Assembly (NCBI GenBank): GCA_977016875.1 | Contig: CDRNST010000080.1 | Coordinates: 4,526,001-4,590,000, forward strand | Length of the DNA: 64,000 nucleotides | Source of the DNA: Pavona decussata | Taxonomy: Eukaryota | Direction of reading: 5' to 3' | Shown here: piece by piece, positions 50,339-63,094 of the stretch | Layout of the letters: every line of letters starts with the position of its first letter | How positions within the stretch are numbered: position 1 is the stretch's first letter | Notes under the pieces: generated by a model | Told to the model about the DNA's origin: nothing | Databases searched by the model: none | Seen by the model: only the letters and a program-made list of their open reading frames with translations | Program-made: the position numbers and the translations under genes

Positions 50339-52860
50339 TCATTTGTGAAGGCTTGGCATCATAGGATCATACTTGAAAGTGAGGCAAACTTGTGTCCATA
50401 TTTCATTACAGAGAAAATAATTATCTTGATTTGTTGGGCTAACAGAAACAGGTAACGCAACACGTGCCGCAAGACAACCAACACAACACAAGATTAGGCT
50501 TGCTTCGACAAAGGCGAATGCAATAAGTTGTCTTCTGCATTCCTTAGACTGGACAAACAATAATATTTTATTATGTATGCATCACTTCTGACGTGGTACC
50601 TTTGAAATATCATAAAAATTGTAATAGATATCAGCCCTTGCTGGTACATGTAAACCATCTCTTCCAGCCCTCCCTACACTGTACCTCTTGACAGTGCCCT
50701 TGAACAATGGTACATGTATATGGCACACCAATAACAGATAATTATGCAAACGTTATTACAGTCAATATCCAATTCCAAAAGCCACAGTTACAAGCAACAC
50801 AGGGTGGGTTGATTTGCCACTTACTAGGTTGTCCACTATTCTCTTTTGCACATGCCCTGGATACTGAGCGTGATCTCGGCTAGGTTCTGCTGATGATGGG
50901 TGGTATTGCTCTCTCCCCATTTGTTGGGTAAAGTAGAGAAAACAGTGAGAAATTGTATCTGGATTTCCATAATGAGGGTAAGGGGCATTTCTTGCCTCTT
51001 CGATTTCAAATCTTCAACAACTGACTTTAAAATGGTATCCAATTTGTTGTCACACCTATGAGGATGCACATGTGAGGCGTAAAAAATCTTCTTTCTGTTT
51101 GGATTACTTTAACCTGTAACTGGGTTTGAAAGTCCCAATACATTAATGATGCAACTCTAAGTGGCTGCAGTTGCTGTGCCTATAAGTGCCAGCAGTAGCA
51201 CTGATGGAAACAAATCTGTCAACAAGTCAAATTTTCCATATGCTGGATGGAATTTGGACCTTTCAAGGGTAAAGAAAAATATTAATTAGGGTTGTATCTT
51301 TAGTTTCAGAGTATCTAAATAATTTTTGTTAAAAATATACCATGATAAAAATCGAAATATACAGTGCATTTTAAGGTACTAGTAATCATCGTAATAAAAA
51401 TTAAAAGTAGTATGTAAATGTGGGTTCAGACCATCCTGCAAAACAGTTTATTTCCCATCACATGGGAAAACAATAGAGAAGATGGGAAACAAACTAGAAA
51501 TATGTGACTCGCGAAGCTAGGGCTGGGTGGACAGTTGATCTACCTTGGTTGTACTGCCTGTGATATTCCAATCTGCGGTTCCTCTGCACCTCTGTTTCCT
51601 CCTGATGGTGCTGTCTTTGCTGAGCCAAGCGATGTTGTCTTTGCTCTGATGTTTCCTGATGTCTCCTTCTTGTTCGCTGCTCTCGCTGAATCTGAAGTCA
51701 CCTTTCACATTGTTCAGGAGTTTCGTTGTTTAATCTCCCTTAGCGAATCTGTCTTCTTCCCTTGTGCGTACTCCTGTGGTTGATTTGCATCACAATTTGG
51801 TCATGTTTCACCAATAATAAACGAATTTGCACTGCTTGATGAATAAACACGTTCAGAGAGAGCACCATTGTGAGGCAGCGGTTTGCTGAAAAGCGCTGCC
51901 TAAAAAACCGGTTCTGTTGCATAGCAACTACAAATTGCGTTTAACGCCAGCCTGTCTTCCAACCTGTTGCTGCTTAGCAACCTTCCCTTTGTGTGACATC
52001 ATTCATACTTTGTTTGCACTGTTGCCAGGCAACAACACAGACACCTTCAACGATATATAGATATATATGAATATATTTTTTGCTCGAATTTGCGTGGCTT
52101 AGCTCCGCTCGACGAATTTATTAACCTTGCTACGCTAAGGCCTTCGGCCCTCACTTTGCGAGGAAACATTTCTAATGGATATCACTGTTGGTTAGTTCAA
52201 GGTAGTTGATTCATTGTAACACTAAAGCCTGTAAAATAATGATGGTTATTGTTGTCTGTGTAGCACAGAGCTTTGAAATTGCACATCTTCTGTGCCAAAT
52301 GTGATCTCTTATTATGGTTACTGCATATATAAGAAATCTGTAGTGAACTGTAAGAAGGCTTAATCTTGCACTGCTAATTAAGGTTGGAAAAGAAATAAAC
52401 AGTTAGGATAAAGCAAATTATTTTAATTACAAATGTGGGTATAAAAACCATTATAGGACCAAATGAGCCTCGTATACAACAATGGCTTTAACTCTTGTCT
52501 GCACATCCTTGCTTTTAAGCACCTTCTGAACATTCTACTGTCAACATATTCTTCTGAATACCGAAACACTAAACTGAATTCCTTGATATTTTGCACAACA
52601 CCGGCCTTTCCTTCTTCATCAACACTCTGTAAAAGGCATGCATTCAACACCCTCTCCAATTTTAAAGCTGACCCCTCATTAACGCTTTCAAAGGTGAAAC
52701 AATGGTAACTAAGAAATTTTGCTTCTCGTCAACCGTTTACAGCCACCTTGTATGTAATCAAAAATAGCTGGTAAAACGTGATAAAATGAGAGACTATCCA
52801 AATCCCATGGGCAATACTGCCAGTTCATCTTTTTTTCTATACATTAATGATTTCCCTTAA
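50339..52860 (-). pseudogene. Decayed RecQ-like SF2 helicase (Academ/AcademH-like transposon relic)
   Basis: Motif I remnant KDELAVLPMGFG*SLI at about 52790-52835, motif III-like LLALIGTAT at about 51170-51200, and C-terminal CRRQLIA...CCVGC at about 50470-50525. The fragments are in the expected order on the - strand. Confidence 0.55.
51510..52062 (-). mobile_element. Helitron-like 5' fragment with STPR-type repeats
   Basis: A frame absent from the ORF track reads ETPEQCER*LQIQR...ETSEQRQHRLAQQR...ETEVQRNRRLEYHR. Upstream on the - strand, TCTATATATC at about 52061 resembles a Helitron 5'-TC end. Confidence 0.5.
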
Positions 52861-53477
52861 AGTGCCTTACTGCTCAACATTTTGCTGGTCAAGATTTACA
52901 CCCAGATTGCACCACATGCACTCAATGCCTTTGTTGGACATCATGCTCCCCTGGAAGGCCACTGACATTATTGGTTTTGTTCCGCTTAACCGTAGTGCCT
53001 GGATGGTGGAAGGATGGGGAGCTTCCCATGGGCATGGTACGGGTGGCGTTGTCACAATTGTATGCAAAGATGTCCTCTTTCTTCAAGTTCTTGGCTGAAG
53101 ATGGATAGCAAAAACACTTGACTGACATGTAAAGGGCACAGTACTGGCCATTTAAACTGCCCTCTTCTCCATGCATTTTTCGCTAAGGCACACAAAACTG
53201 TCCCCCATTTTAACTGCAAATGTGCGGTTAGGTCAATGACTCAATTTGACAAAGAAGATCTTTACCTCAATGCAGTGTCCAGTATTGAAACTCACTATCT
53301 CGGCCTATCATCCATAAAATCAGTTGTATCCTATATAAAAAATTGTGTTTGTGCGATAGACTGGAGTAATGTGTCCACAAAAGAAGTTATTTTCTAAATA
53401 GGGCTGTCCCAACCTGAGATTTTGGGTCTACCAGTCTACCTACTGGTTTAATAGGTCTATGGATTTTTGTAAGTTAA

Positions 53478-55165
53478 CCCCTTCACTACCACCGCCAAAT
53501 CCACCCACCAACCGGTGGCCATCTTGGATTTTTACAAAATTTTTTATTTAGCTGAAAAATATAAAAATTCTCAATGGAAATATCTCAGCTCACCTAAACT
53601 TAGGATAATGAAATGATTTCAAGCCATGAAAGGTAATAAAAAGTGATTTTGCTCAAAGTCATTTTTTTCTGGCATTCATCTTGAACTTTCCATAAAAATG
53701 TTGTCTTGCTTACAAAAAAGGAATATACACTTGCTAAAATTGTATTTACACTAATTATTTGCTAATCGAAATGTTCGTGTGAAATAAAAATTAACAAAGC
53801 AATCTTCAGTCTCATTCTGTGTGATAAATCCTGAAGCAAGGTGCTGCACAAAGCCCTGGTTTGTGTGCACAGTCCCCACACTGGGATCTGCTCTCCTTCG
53901 TTTTGTTTTAGCTGGTACACACCACACATCTCTTCTGAGGATTCTGTTTGCTGTTTGTGGGAGGGATGAGTTTCTGGAAGTGGCAACACGAAAAGGGGTC
54001 AGAGGCTTCAGGTGCAGAGGGCTCAGAGGCAGATGCTGCAAGTAAGTAGTTGATACAATCAAGCTTGAAACGGAGAAGTTGCTTTGTGCCACCTTCCTTC
54101 TTGAAGAGGATGTGGGCATTCAAGATGCCTTCTTCTATGAAGTGAAATGCAACCTTTTTAGTCCACTTCATGCTTTTTCTGATGTAAGAGTAGGTGCCAA
54201 TCATCTCATCATTCTTATCAACACCACCCATGTATCTGTTGTAGCGTTCAATCAATTTGAGCTTTCTGACAACATTGCCTTGGCGGTCGCGCCTTCTTGT
54301 GTTGATGACATTGGCCTTGTGAATAGCAGATAGGAAATATATTTCCTTTTTGTCATTGAAGTTAGTTTTCATGCCTCCTGTACCTACAGTGTATGCTCAC
54401 CCTTTGGGATGTTCGGGTTCTTGAATGTGACTGGAACTTGTAGCCGGTTTTTCCTCGCCATACCACAGGCAGCTGTGTTGTTTTCATACAAGTAGGTAAA
54501 GAGAACCTTGCTTGTATACCAGTTGTCAACAGAAACATTGGTACCCTTTACCCAGCTTATCTTCCATCAATCTAGGGATTACAGCTCCACTCACACCTAA
54601 TCTGTTGACCAACTGTCGATCTCCAGCGTGCTGCTCTGGTTCCTTCCCCAGGTAAACGCATGATTTCCAAAGATAACCATAAGTCTCACAGAGACTGAAC
54701 ATTTTGATGCCAAAACGAGCCCGCTTCAGTGGAATATCAGCAACAACTCCTCATCTATTGAGATTTCCCTCTCTGGAATGTAAGTTTCTTGAACTTGGAC
54801 AGCAGGTTATCTACAAGTGGCCCGACTTTGTAAAGCCTGTCCCTATTGGCATCATTAGGATCATACTGGGAATTATCAGCAAAATGCAAAAAACGTGAAA
54901 CAGTTTGGCAACGGTTTCGGGACATTACACTGAACCTAGCAACAAGGGATTTGTGCTCCAGTAGTCAGGCAACTCAGGCTTTCTCACAATTCCCATTAGT
55001 AGGCTAGGAGCTATGAACTTCATCTCACTTCTGGTTGTATCAAACCAAGACTGTGCCTGAGAATGTCTGGGCAAGTTTGGATTATTCCTCTTGTATTGCA
55101 TTGCAGACAAGTTTGTTTGCGTAACTAACAAATCAAAAAATTCATCTGTCCGCATCCGTGTAAAG
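53478..55165 (-). mobile_element. piggyBac transposon relic (PGBD4-like transposase pseudogene), one end intact
   Basis: TTAA|CCCC terminus at 53474-53481. Transposase motifs: YNRYMGGVDKND, KWTKKV, VDNWYTS, KRARFGIK, LLVTQTN. C-terminal cysteine-rich domain: QKRCVVC...QCGDCAHKPGLCAAPCFRIYH. Multiple frameshifts. Confidence 0.9.
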
Positions 55166-55557
55166 TTCTGGGAAAGCTTCCTCTCTTGTCAACATCTGTC
55201 CTCCTCATTGAGTCACCATTTTGAAATGTTCTCAAAAAAATTTCAAGGCACTACATCCGGTCAGCAGCTTTTCAACATTAGTGCGAGATCTTTCTCAACA
55301 ACCAGATTAAATTTATTCATGCAATCTTGAACGACCAGACAGTGAGTCACGTTTTTTGTTTGAGGACTGGAGGACGTATATATGCTTCCTTGATAGGGAA
55401 GGGGTTTGGGAGTTTGGGAGTTTATTAAAGCCATTTTCTAGTCATGTCATCAATTTTTTTCCCTGATGTAATACATAATTGATCTCATTAACCTTTTCTT
55501 GTGTTTTTTCACCATTGGTGCTGGGAGGTTTATTGTTGAGTTGTACTTGAGCCTTAT

Positions 55558-56772
55558 TTATTTTGTCTGTCGTTTTGCATCACACGAACACGTGTTGTGA
55601 GAGCCCTCACAATTCTTACATTTAACAATTGCCTTACAGTCAGGGAAGCAATGGCCCTTCTTAATACATTTGAAACATCTACCATCCTCGGTGTTCGTGA
55701 CCTTCGTGCATTCCTCTGGTGAGTGGGTTCCAAGGCAGAATGCACATCTTTGATCTTGCCCATTTGCGGTGAACAGCGCACTGGCAGTGAAAGGGTCCTT
55801 TCTTTTACCGCTGGATCCAACTCGGCGTTGCGTCCGACAGTGATCCTCTCTCAGTTCCACTTCGACCAGGAGTGCGTTCAACATGTCGCCCAACGTCCAC
55901 TGCAAGTACTCCTTTCCGCGCGTGATTGTTAGTCCGATGGAATCTGGAATCATCTTCAAAAACGCTGGGACGACAACTTCGGAATAGCTCCGTTCTTCCA
56001 CTCCTTGAGCCTGTAATGCTCTATACTTCGTTTCTGCGAAGTCGTAGAGGCTGCGCAGTCTTAGTGTGTCACCCTCATTGAATACGGGACGCGCACTCAA
56101 CATTAGGTTAACAAGTGCTCTTTGAATTACGATCTTTTTGCCATAGCATTTCTTCAAGAGTTCTAGCGCCGCCTCGTAGTTGGCTGACGTCAGTGCAAAT
56201 CCTCCAATTGCTGATTTTGCCAGTTCAAGCAGCAAACTCCTTAAATATGAGAATTTGTCGACGTTTGAAAGCCCATCATTCTGGTGGATGGCACTTTCAA
56301 ACGAATCCCAAAACTCCTGCCATTCGCTGAGTTTGCCATTGAACTTCTTCACTTCCAACTTTGGAAGCTTCGCTCGCACCACCTTCTGTTGGCTACTGTG
56401 ACTATTCTGGCTTAGGTTAAGACTCGCCTGTACTTGCGGTGGTGTCAATGGTGGTAGATGAGGGGTGGTTTGCTCTGTAAGTCATTCTTCGATGGCCGCC
56501 AGTGTTGGCGTTGCGTCCGCTCTCAATCGGCCACTCCTTTCAATGTCCTCTGCTATCTCCTCTTCTGTGGTTTTTTCATCGGCTGCCAACTCGGCCAAGA
56601 TCTGCTCATCCAGTGGCGAGATCTTTTCAATCTGTTCTTTTAGGCTGGCTCTCCATTTTAACAGTTCAGTCTTTGTGGTGGTGGCAAATCCATCATCAAG
56701 AAAGGCTCCAGCCTCTGCGATGACTCTCTTGAGGAAGACACGATGGCCTGCTCGTACTTTCTTGTTCGACAT
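55558..56772 (-). pseudogene. BEL/Pao retrotransposon gag (DUF1759-like + CCHC knuckles), one premature stop, pol missing
   Basis: KLPKLEVKKFNG..WQEFWDSFESAIH..DKFSYLRSLL, followed by CAFCLGTH...C, CFKCIKKGH...C and CKNCEGSH...C. The 96 aa and 296 aa ORFs are in the same frame, separated by TGA at 56482-56484. Confidence 0.92.
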
Positions 56773-56783
56773 TTCTTTTTTCT

Positions 56784-56801
56784 ATCCGGCTCGAAGGACC
56801 A
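56784..56801 (-). promoter_or_regulatory. Primer binding site complementary to the tRNA-Tyr 3' end
   Basis: The - strand reads TGGTCCTTCGAGCCGGA; the + strand TCCGGCTCGAAGGACCA matches the eukaryotic tRNA-Tyr acceptor end plus CCA. Confidence 0.85.
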
Positions 56802-57241
56802 GGTTTCGCGGAATTGCTCTCCGCACACGCTGGTTCAACAAATAAGGACTGTATACTTTCTTTGAATTAGCTTTATTCTACTGATCACAACATTACATGT
56901 TCCGTTCTACAATGTAACTTAATTCCATCTGATTAAAAGTTACACAAATGCTACGTTTATTAGCTACGGATACACACACCCAGATACGTAAGTCCGGTGT
57001 GGTAAGATAAGTTAAGCTAACTTGACAAAGTTCCAGTTTGGTTTTACACATTCTTCAATGATTCGTGGCCACTAATTTCCTGTTACATCAGTTTGTTTGA
57101 CAATCATAGTGTTTATTTATGCATGCGGTTTTACTAGCGACTATATGATTAAATACATCATTGTTTGTAAAAGCTCTACTACACAAAGTCGGTCAATACT
57201 TCCTGTGACATTCTACCGATCTCTACTGGCGCGCGGTAACA
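56802..57241 (-). mobile_element. 5' LTR of the BEL/Pao element (about 440 bp)
   Basis: Starts TGTTACCGCG and ends CGCGAAACC (terminal CA mutated), directly before the PBS. AATAAA lies on the - strand at about 56873-56878. No partner LTR is seen in the window. Confidence 0.7.
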
Positions 57242-57879
57242 AAACAATAGCTTACTTAATAAACAGCTAAACATGCTAAATATATCAAAACAAGAGAAAA
57301 TCTAATTACGAGTAAACGTTCCATAACAAAGGGAGCTATTGCATTTACTAAGCTCTGTTCATCTTTTAGTTTGATTTCTTCAATTTCTCTATTGAAAATT
57401 ATCTCCGGCATTATGTGTGGTTTCGCTGAGTATTTTCAAACAGGTCCAATTTGTTAATATGTTTCTCTAGTTTTTTTGATAGACTTCAGTCTTGGCTATT
57501 TTAGCCTCCACGGTATTTTTGAGCCTTGCTTCAGAAAGTCTTGTTTTGGTGGGCTGCTCTCCCTTTGTTTGTTTTGGCAAAAGCACTTCCTGCACGACAT
57601 CCAAGACCCTTACTGCATAGGAAGTCAAAAACACCAGGAAACAGGTGGGCAAGCCTTGAATAATGAAGGTGAGCACCAGTTTCTGGTGGCATCTACTGTC
57701 AGCTGTATAGAGAAACCATGACTGGAGCTTTCATCAATGGCAAGCCCTTCACCTCCCATGTCATGTTAAACCCCACATAAGACTTCTTCAATGTTTCTCT
57801 GTCCTGTGGTTGTGATCTGCCTCTCGGTTACATTGGTATCAACAGTGTCCTCCACTGCTGGGTCACCAGCCTCAAATGG

Positions 57880-58302
57880 CAAAACATTACGCTTGCAAAT
57901 GGTTGAAGAGAATGAACAACGGTCATGGAGAGGTTCAAGAGATTTAATTGTAGTATGCAATGTTTTATAGGCAGCAGCACAAAAGCAGCCTTTGGCATCG
58001 ACAAAGTCTTTAACCTCTTGCTCGCAATGTCTATGTCAATGCCCATGAAAGATGAAAATGACATGTGACTGGCTACCATCTCTTCCAACCCTTCCAGCCT
58101 CTTGATGCTGGTGTAAACTTGACAGTGCTGGTTCCCAGTTGACAACATAACAGACATCTGGGAAATTCACTCCTATACAGAGTGCCGTGGCTGCAATGAT
58201 GACACATTTCTCACCTTCACCCTTGAACTGATTCATAAGTCTGTACCTTACCACTTTGCTAGGAATTAGAATGAAAGTTCTGTGTTGTCTTGATCGTGGC
58301 AA
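57880..58302 (-). pseudogene. RecQ-like helicase C-terminal fragment (second Academ-like relic)
   Basis: IIAATALCIGVNFPDVCYVVNW...HQEAGRVGRDG matches RecQ motifs V and VI. Confidence 0.75.
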
Positions 58303-59079
58303 GTGTAACTACAAATTCCAGTAGTGAGATCAAGATACTCTGGTGGACAGGAACAACCTTTGTGTTTGGTTTGTATGTTTACTTTTCCTTTTCCCAGAAC
58401 TGGAAGAAAGAGCTTGAAATTTTGCTGTAGATTATAATGTGTCTTGCAGCCCCCTTTGTTCATTCGTTCTTGAGTGTGTTCGTGAATAAGTTCTTAAGAA
58501 AGATCTTTGGTTAGCAATAGGAACCTGGTCCTTTGTGTTCGTATAAAAATGAAATCCTTAAAACATAACTTGACAACTCTAAGTTGTCTGAGATTAGAAC
58601 ATTAAGGGGCATGTTTAAATGTGATAAGTTCAATGATACTGCATGGATAAACACAAGGCATGAGAGGTTCTTGTGTTGTAATATATGATACCTTTTTTTT
58701 TCTCTTCCTTAAACAAACAATTCTTGAATGATAACAATAACTACTCGGAAAATGCGTTCTTTTCCGAGGGATTACCATGAAATGTGGCTGAGGTCTTCGG
58801 TTGTTGCTGTTTTTGTTGTCTGCTGAAGTGTTGTAGTGACTGCAGAAATGCCTGATGTTCCAGAACCAGTGTAATGAGAGGTTTTTGGCTATTCTGCTGA
58901 GAAGAGTTTGTCTTATTTCGGTGACATTACTGGTACTCGAGGGCAAGCAAATATTACTTGTGGATTACTTGGAATCAGTGCATGGCCTGAAAATTAGCAA
59001 CAGGCTGTGCTAGCGCGGGATAGCTTTGTTCTCATTTTAGCTATTGAAAGCGTAAATGTAGGAAGAAAGCATAGATTGT

Positions 59080-59591
59080 TTGAGTTCAGCAGCTGTTTTA
59101 CTGAAGTGCAAAGTACATAATGTTCCATTAGCAACCTGACAATCTATTGAAAGTATGTGTGATTTAGTGTAAGTAGTCAATGTTTCAACTAGTAATTGAA
59201 TTTCCATGCATTCCAGGACACCCGTTGAGTCAATGATATCTTTTAGAATTTGGATTTTTTGATGACCTTTTACAAGGAGAAGGATGTTGGGCTGTGTCTG
59301 TGAACAAAATGAGCTGGATTACCCGAGATATTGGAAAGATGAAATACATGTAGCTCTGCTTCATGAATTGTATGGCGGGCCAAGAAGGGCAACAGGAAGG
59401 CCATGCAACCTTCTTGTGGCACAGCGATAGGTTTGCTGGGCATCTTCTGGCTCAACAAGGAGGAAGGCTGTATCAAGGGTAAACATGGCTGGTAGTCCGG
59501 CATGAACTGGATTTAAGGCAATCCGCTTTAGAATGAAGGACCCAGAGTGGAACTGGAAACCATCAATTTCGCACACAAACACAAGATCCAT
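59080..59591 (-). pseudogene. Polinton/adintovirus-like DEDD-type exonuclease remnant, copy 1
   Basis: MDLVFVCEIDGFQF..FILKRIA...RRLHGLP...GPPY, then past a break LLVKGHQKIQILKD. A TATA-like TATATAA lies about 30 bp upstream of the ATG. The family assignment is from remembered motif pattern only. Confidence 0.45.
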
Positions 59592-59791
59592 CGCAGTGCA
59601 TATTTTCCATAGCTTTCCACGTTATATATAAGCAACTGAAAATAACCGATAAAAACGAACGGCGTTTCGGTGTCGTCATGACGCCATTACCAAGTTCGGA
59701 GTCTTTGAAATAAAGTCAATGTCAGAAATAGCTATCCAAAATTGACACGTTATCTCAGTTTGAATGCTAATATGCAAAAATGAACACAATA

Positions 59792-59796
<5 letters not shown>

Positions 59797-59839
<43 letters not shown>

Positions 59840-59842
59840 GAA

Positions 59843-59884
<42 letters not shown>

Positions 59885-59900
59885 GAAGTAATAATAATAG
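59797..59900. repeat. (TAA)n microsatellite with AGAAG interruptions
   Basis: Directly visible. Confidence 0.97.
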
Positions 59901-60164
59901 TGATTTAGTTATACAGTAGGCATATTTCTAAGGTCCAAACAACACAGCAAATGAACAAATGAAATGAAAAGATTTGGGGGAAGCTCACTTGTTGGAAGAA
60001 AATCACATGGGCTTTTATAAACAAAAAGTTAACAAGTTAAAAAAAAAGGAAATAAATAAAACAAAAAAGGAAAATAGAAATTAACCGTTGAAGTAAATTA
60101 GAATATGGAGCCACCTATTTGCATGCCACTGAATAACAATACAGCCTATTGTAATATGCCGTGA

Positions 60165-60449
60165 TTGCTCGAGATATTGGAAACACTGGCAGCATAGCTA
60201 TGATGAAATAGCTCTGTTTCGTGAATCGTACGGCAGGCCAGGAAGGGCAAAAGAAAGGCCATGCAAGTTTCTCTTGGTGTAGCGATAGGTTTCCTGGGCA
60301 TCATCTGGCTCAACAAGGAGGAAGGCTGTATCAAAGGTATAAATGGTCAGTGGTGTGACCTGAACTGGATTTAAGACAATCTGCTAGAGAATGAAGGGCC
60401 CAGAGTAGAACTGGAAACCATCAATTTCGTACACAAACACAAGGTCCAT
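60165..60449 (-). pseudogene. Copy 2 of the same exonuclease-like remnant (truncated)
   Basis: MDLVFVYEIDGFQFYSGPFIL* and ...LHGLS...; nucleotide similarity to 59320-59591. Confidence 0.45.
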
Positions 60450-60518
60450 AGCAGTGCATTTTTTGCATACCATTCAACGTTATCTCAGTTTTAATGTAAA
60501 TTTGCAAATGAGCACAAT

Positions 60519-60525
60519 GATAATG

Positions 60526-60597
<72 letters not shown>
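60519..60597. repeat. (TAA)n microsatellite
   Basis: Directly visible; it has the same flanks as the 59.8 kb tract. Confidence 0.97.
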
Positions 60598-61424
60598 GTG
60601 ATGTAGTTATACAGTGGGCATATTCCTAGGGTCCAAGCAACACAGCAAATGAACAAAACAAATGAAAAGATAACAAGGCATGAGAGCTTCTAGTGTTGTA
60701 ATATATAATACTTTTTTTCCTCTTGCTTAAACAAACAATTCTCGAATGATAACTATAGCTACTCAGAAAATGTGTTCTTTTCTGAGGGATTACCTTGAAA
60801 TGTGGCTGAGGTCTTTGGTTGTTTTTGTTTTTGTCGTCTGCTGAACCGTTGTAGGAACTGAAGAAATGCACGATGTTCCAGGACCAGTGTAACAACATCT
60901 TGTAATGAAAAATAATGATGCTAATGATCAGACTTTTGAAGTCGAATAAAGATGGAAAGGAGAGTGAACGGTTTCTCATAAATGAGAACCTTGTAGAATT
61001 ACTAGTAAGTGACTCACGGATATAATGAAGGCTAAAACATGAATTTCAGTCATTTCAGCATCAACAAAACCGACTGGCTTATCAGGTGTGGGCCACAAGC
61101 CCCTCTGAAGAATTTGTAAAAACCCTATTGTGATAGCTGACACACTCAAGTGAATGTCCTTGTAGAATCTTGGCAGGTGGGAATTATAAAGCTGGCTGAT
61201 GAAAGAAACCGAAATAGGCCAAAGTACAGGCTTCCCGTAACGTGCATGTGATCCTGGTTGTTGAGGTCTAACATCCTGAAAGTGATAGTCACAATGGTGT
61301 TTGTGACAGGCAAATGCAAGACTGAAAGGTTGCCCTATTACCGCTTGATGCCTGGCAATACCCTTAAGAAATATTTATGACCTTAATTTGACAAATTAGA
61401 CTTCCCAGTGGAGGTGATCTCTTA

Positions 61425-61499
61425 GATAAGCCGCACCCCCAATTTTGAGGCCAGATTTGGGGTAAAAAGGTGCAGCTTATACATGAGTTTTTTATGGTA
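61425..61499. mobile_element. Terminal fragment of a pogo/mariner-like element
   Basis: ATAAGCCGCACCCCCAATTTT...AAAAAGGTGCAGCTTATACATGAGTTTTTTATGGTA resembles a ...TACGG|TA terminus with a subterminal inverted repeat. Confidence 0.45.
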
Positions 61500-62584
61500 C
61501 ACTGTGATAAGGCCACAAAAATCCTTTCAACTCGTATTCAGAGTAGTGTTATAATAATAAAGGGCTGGATGCATAACCACCTTTTGTCGAATGTTGGGCC
61601 ATTTTTTTCCCCGGATTTGTCTCAATTTTTCCATGTGGGCTTGGTTTTAGTCAACAAACATTGCCCTGTATTTTTTTCGCTGGTTTGCTCTTCGTTTTCA
61701 AGAAATAACTTATGCCAAAACCTCAGTTTTCCTTGCGGTATATTTTGGAGATCTTTTGTTGAACGAGAAACAAAAGAAACCTTTTGTTTCACTGAACAAT
61801 GAAGTCAGCGAAGAGTCGTATTAGCTGCTCGCTGTTCGAGCCAATGCAAGTTATGTATCGGTTCAACAGAAGGACAGTTGGGCTTTTTTTCCTTTTATTT
61901 CTCCTCTTCTTTTTGAAACCAAAACATCCGTTAAAAAAAGTGCTTTTGAAATCACTAAAATTAACCGTTTAAGTTCATAGCAAAATCCACCTTCGATTTA
62001 AGTGAAGTTGGAACATTTGAGTGTTTAAACTATTAAAGTTTTCAAAAAGCGACATCGACAGCCTGAAAAAGGCAGAGAACATGAACAACGACAAATCCGA
62101 TGGTGACATGTTATCGAGTACGGTAAGGAAAAATGTGTGTTTCTTTTGTTCACATTTCGCTGCACATTGAATTAGTTTTAGTTCGCACTCTGTTCAACAT
62201 CATCGACCGAGCACATATGACAAACCTCACACTTCAGGTTTGCAAAATTGCTTCGTTGACATTGTAAACAGAAGCCTTTCTTAACAGAATAGCAGTACAC
62301 TGTTTGTAGAAATTTTCAAGTGATTGCCAAAAAAGCCAAGCCAGGAGCAGCCTCTTATTTCTCTTTTGATCAGTTGAGTAAGGGTGTACCCAAGCAAGCA
62401 AGTGGCGTAAGCGCGAGAAATGATGTCTAATTGCATTCGGATTTGCTTGCTGATTTCCTAAGTACTTTAGGTAAAATCCAAGATAGTGAACAACACTCTA
62501 CGGCAACCATCGTTAATCAAAATATTGACATTGTTAGCAACTTTTTATACTTTCGTTGGTTTAATTGTTATGCTTACGCAGAAA

Positions 62585-62900
62585 TGACAAAAAGCAAAAT
62601 TTACAGCGGATCTGACAAATATTGGAAAGCAATAAAAGACATTCAACTACAACAAAAAAAGTAAAATTTACATCGAATCTGGCAAAGCAATAAAAGACAT
62701 TAGAAGGTAACAAAACAAAGTAAAGTTTACAGCGGATCTGGCAAATATCGTAAATCAATAAAACACAATCGAAGACAACAAAAAAAGCAAAATTTTCAGC
62801 GGATCTGGCAAATATCGTAAATCATTAAAAGACATTCCAAGATGACAAAAAAAAAGAGCAAAATTTACAGCAGATCTGGCAAATACCGTAAATCAAAACA
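62585..62900. repeat. Minisatellite, about 55-70 bp unit x5
   Basis: AAAATTTACAGCGGATCTGGCAAATA...AATAAAAGACATT is repeated at about 62597, 62663, 62722, 62788 and 62858. Confidence 0.9.
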
Positions 62901-63094
62901 TTTGAGGATTACTGAACAAAATTTAAAACTCTAAAGAAAGTCACTGCTCAGGAATAGGGGGTAGTGGTCCAAGTAGTTGCCTTAGTTGTATATCTTGAGT
63001 CGATGACTCCCTTACCCTCTTTCCTTGCTCCCCCCTAATCCTGAGCCAACAGTAAAATAAAATATTACAAAGGTTAGCACAACTCCAGGAAAAA

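Larger units (their letters stand above)
58650..60895. repeat. Mosaic segmental duplication
   Basis: 58650-58873 matches 60672-60892; 59320-59625 matches 60165-60480; 59750-59970 matches 60480-60670. Confidence 0.85.

Noticed and set aside
61190-61240. Hammerhead ribozyme (CTGATGA...GAAA)
   Set aside because: There is no stem II pairing and no correctly placed NUH or stem I. The CTGATGA at about 6931 fails in the same way.
62585-62900. CRISPR array
   Set aside because: The inter-core sequences resemble each other instead of being unique spacers. There are no cas genes and the context is eukaryotic.
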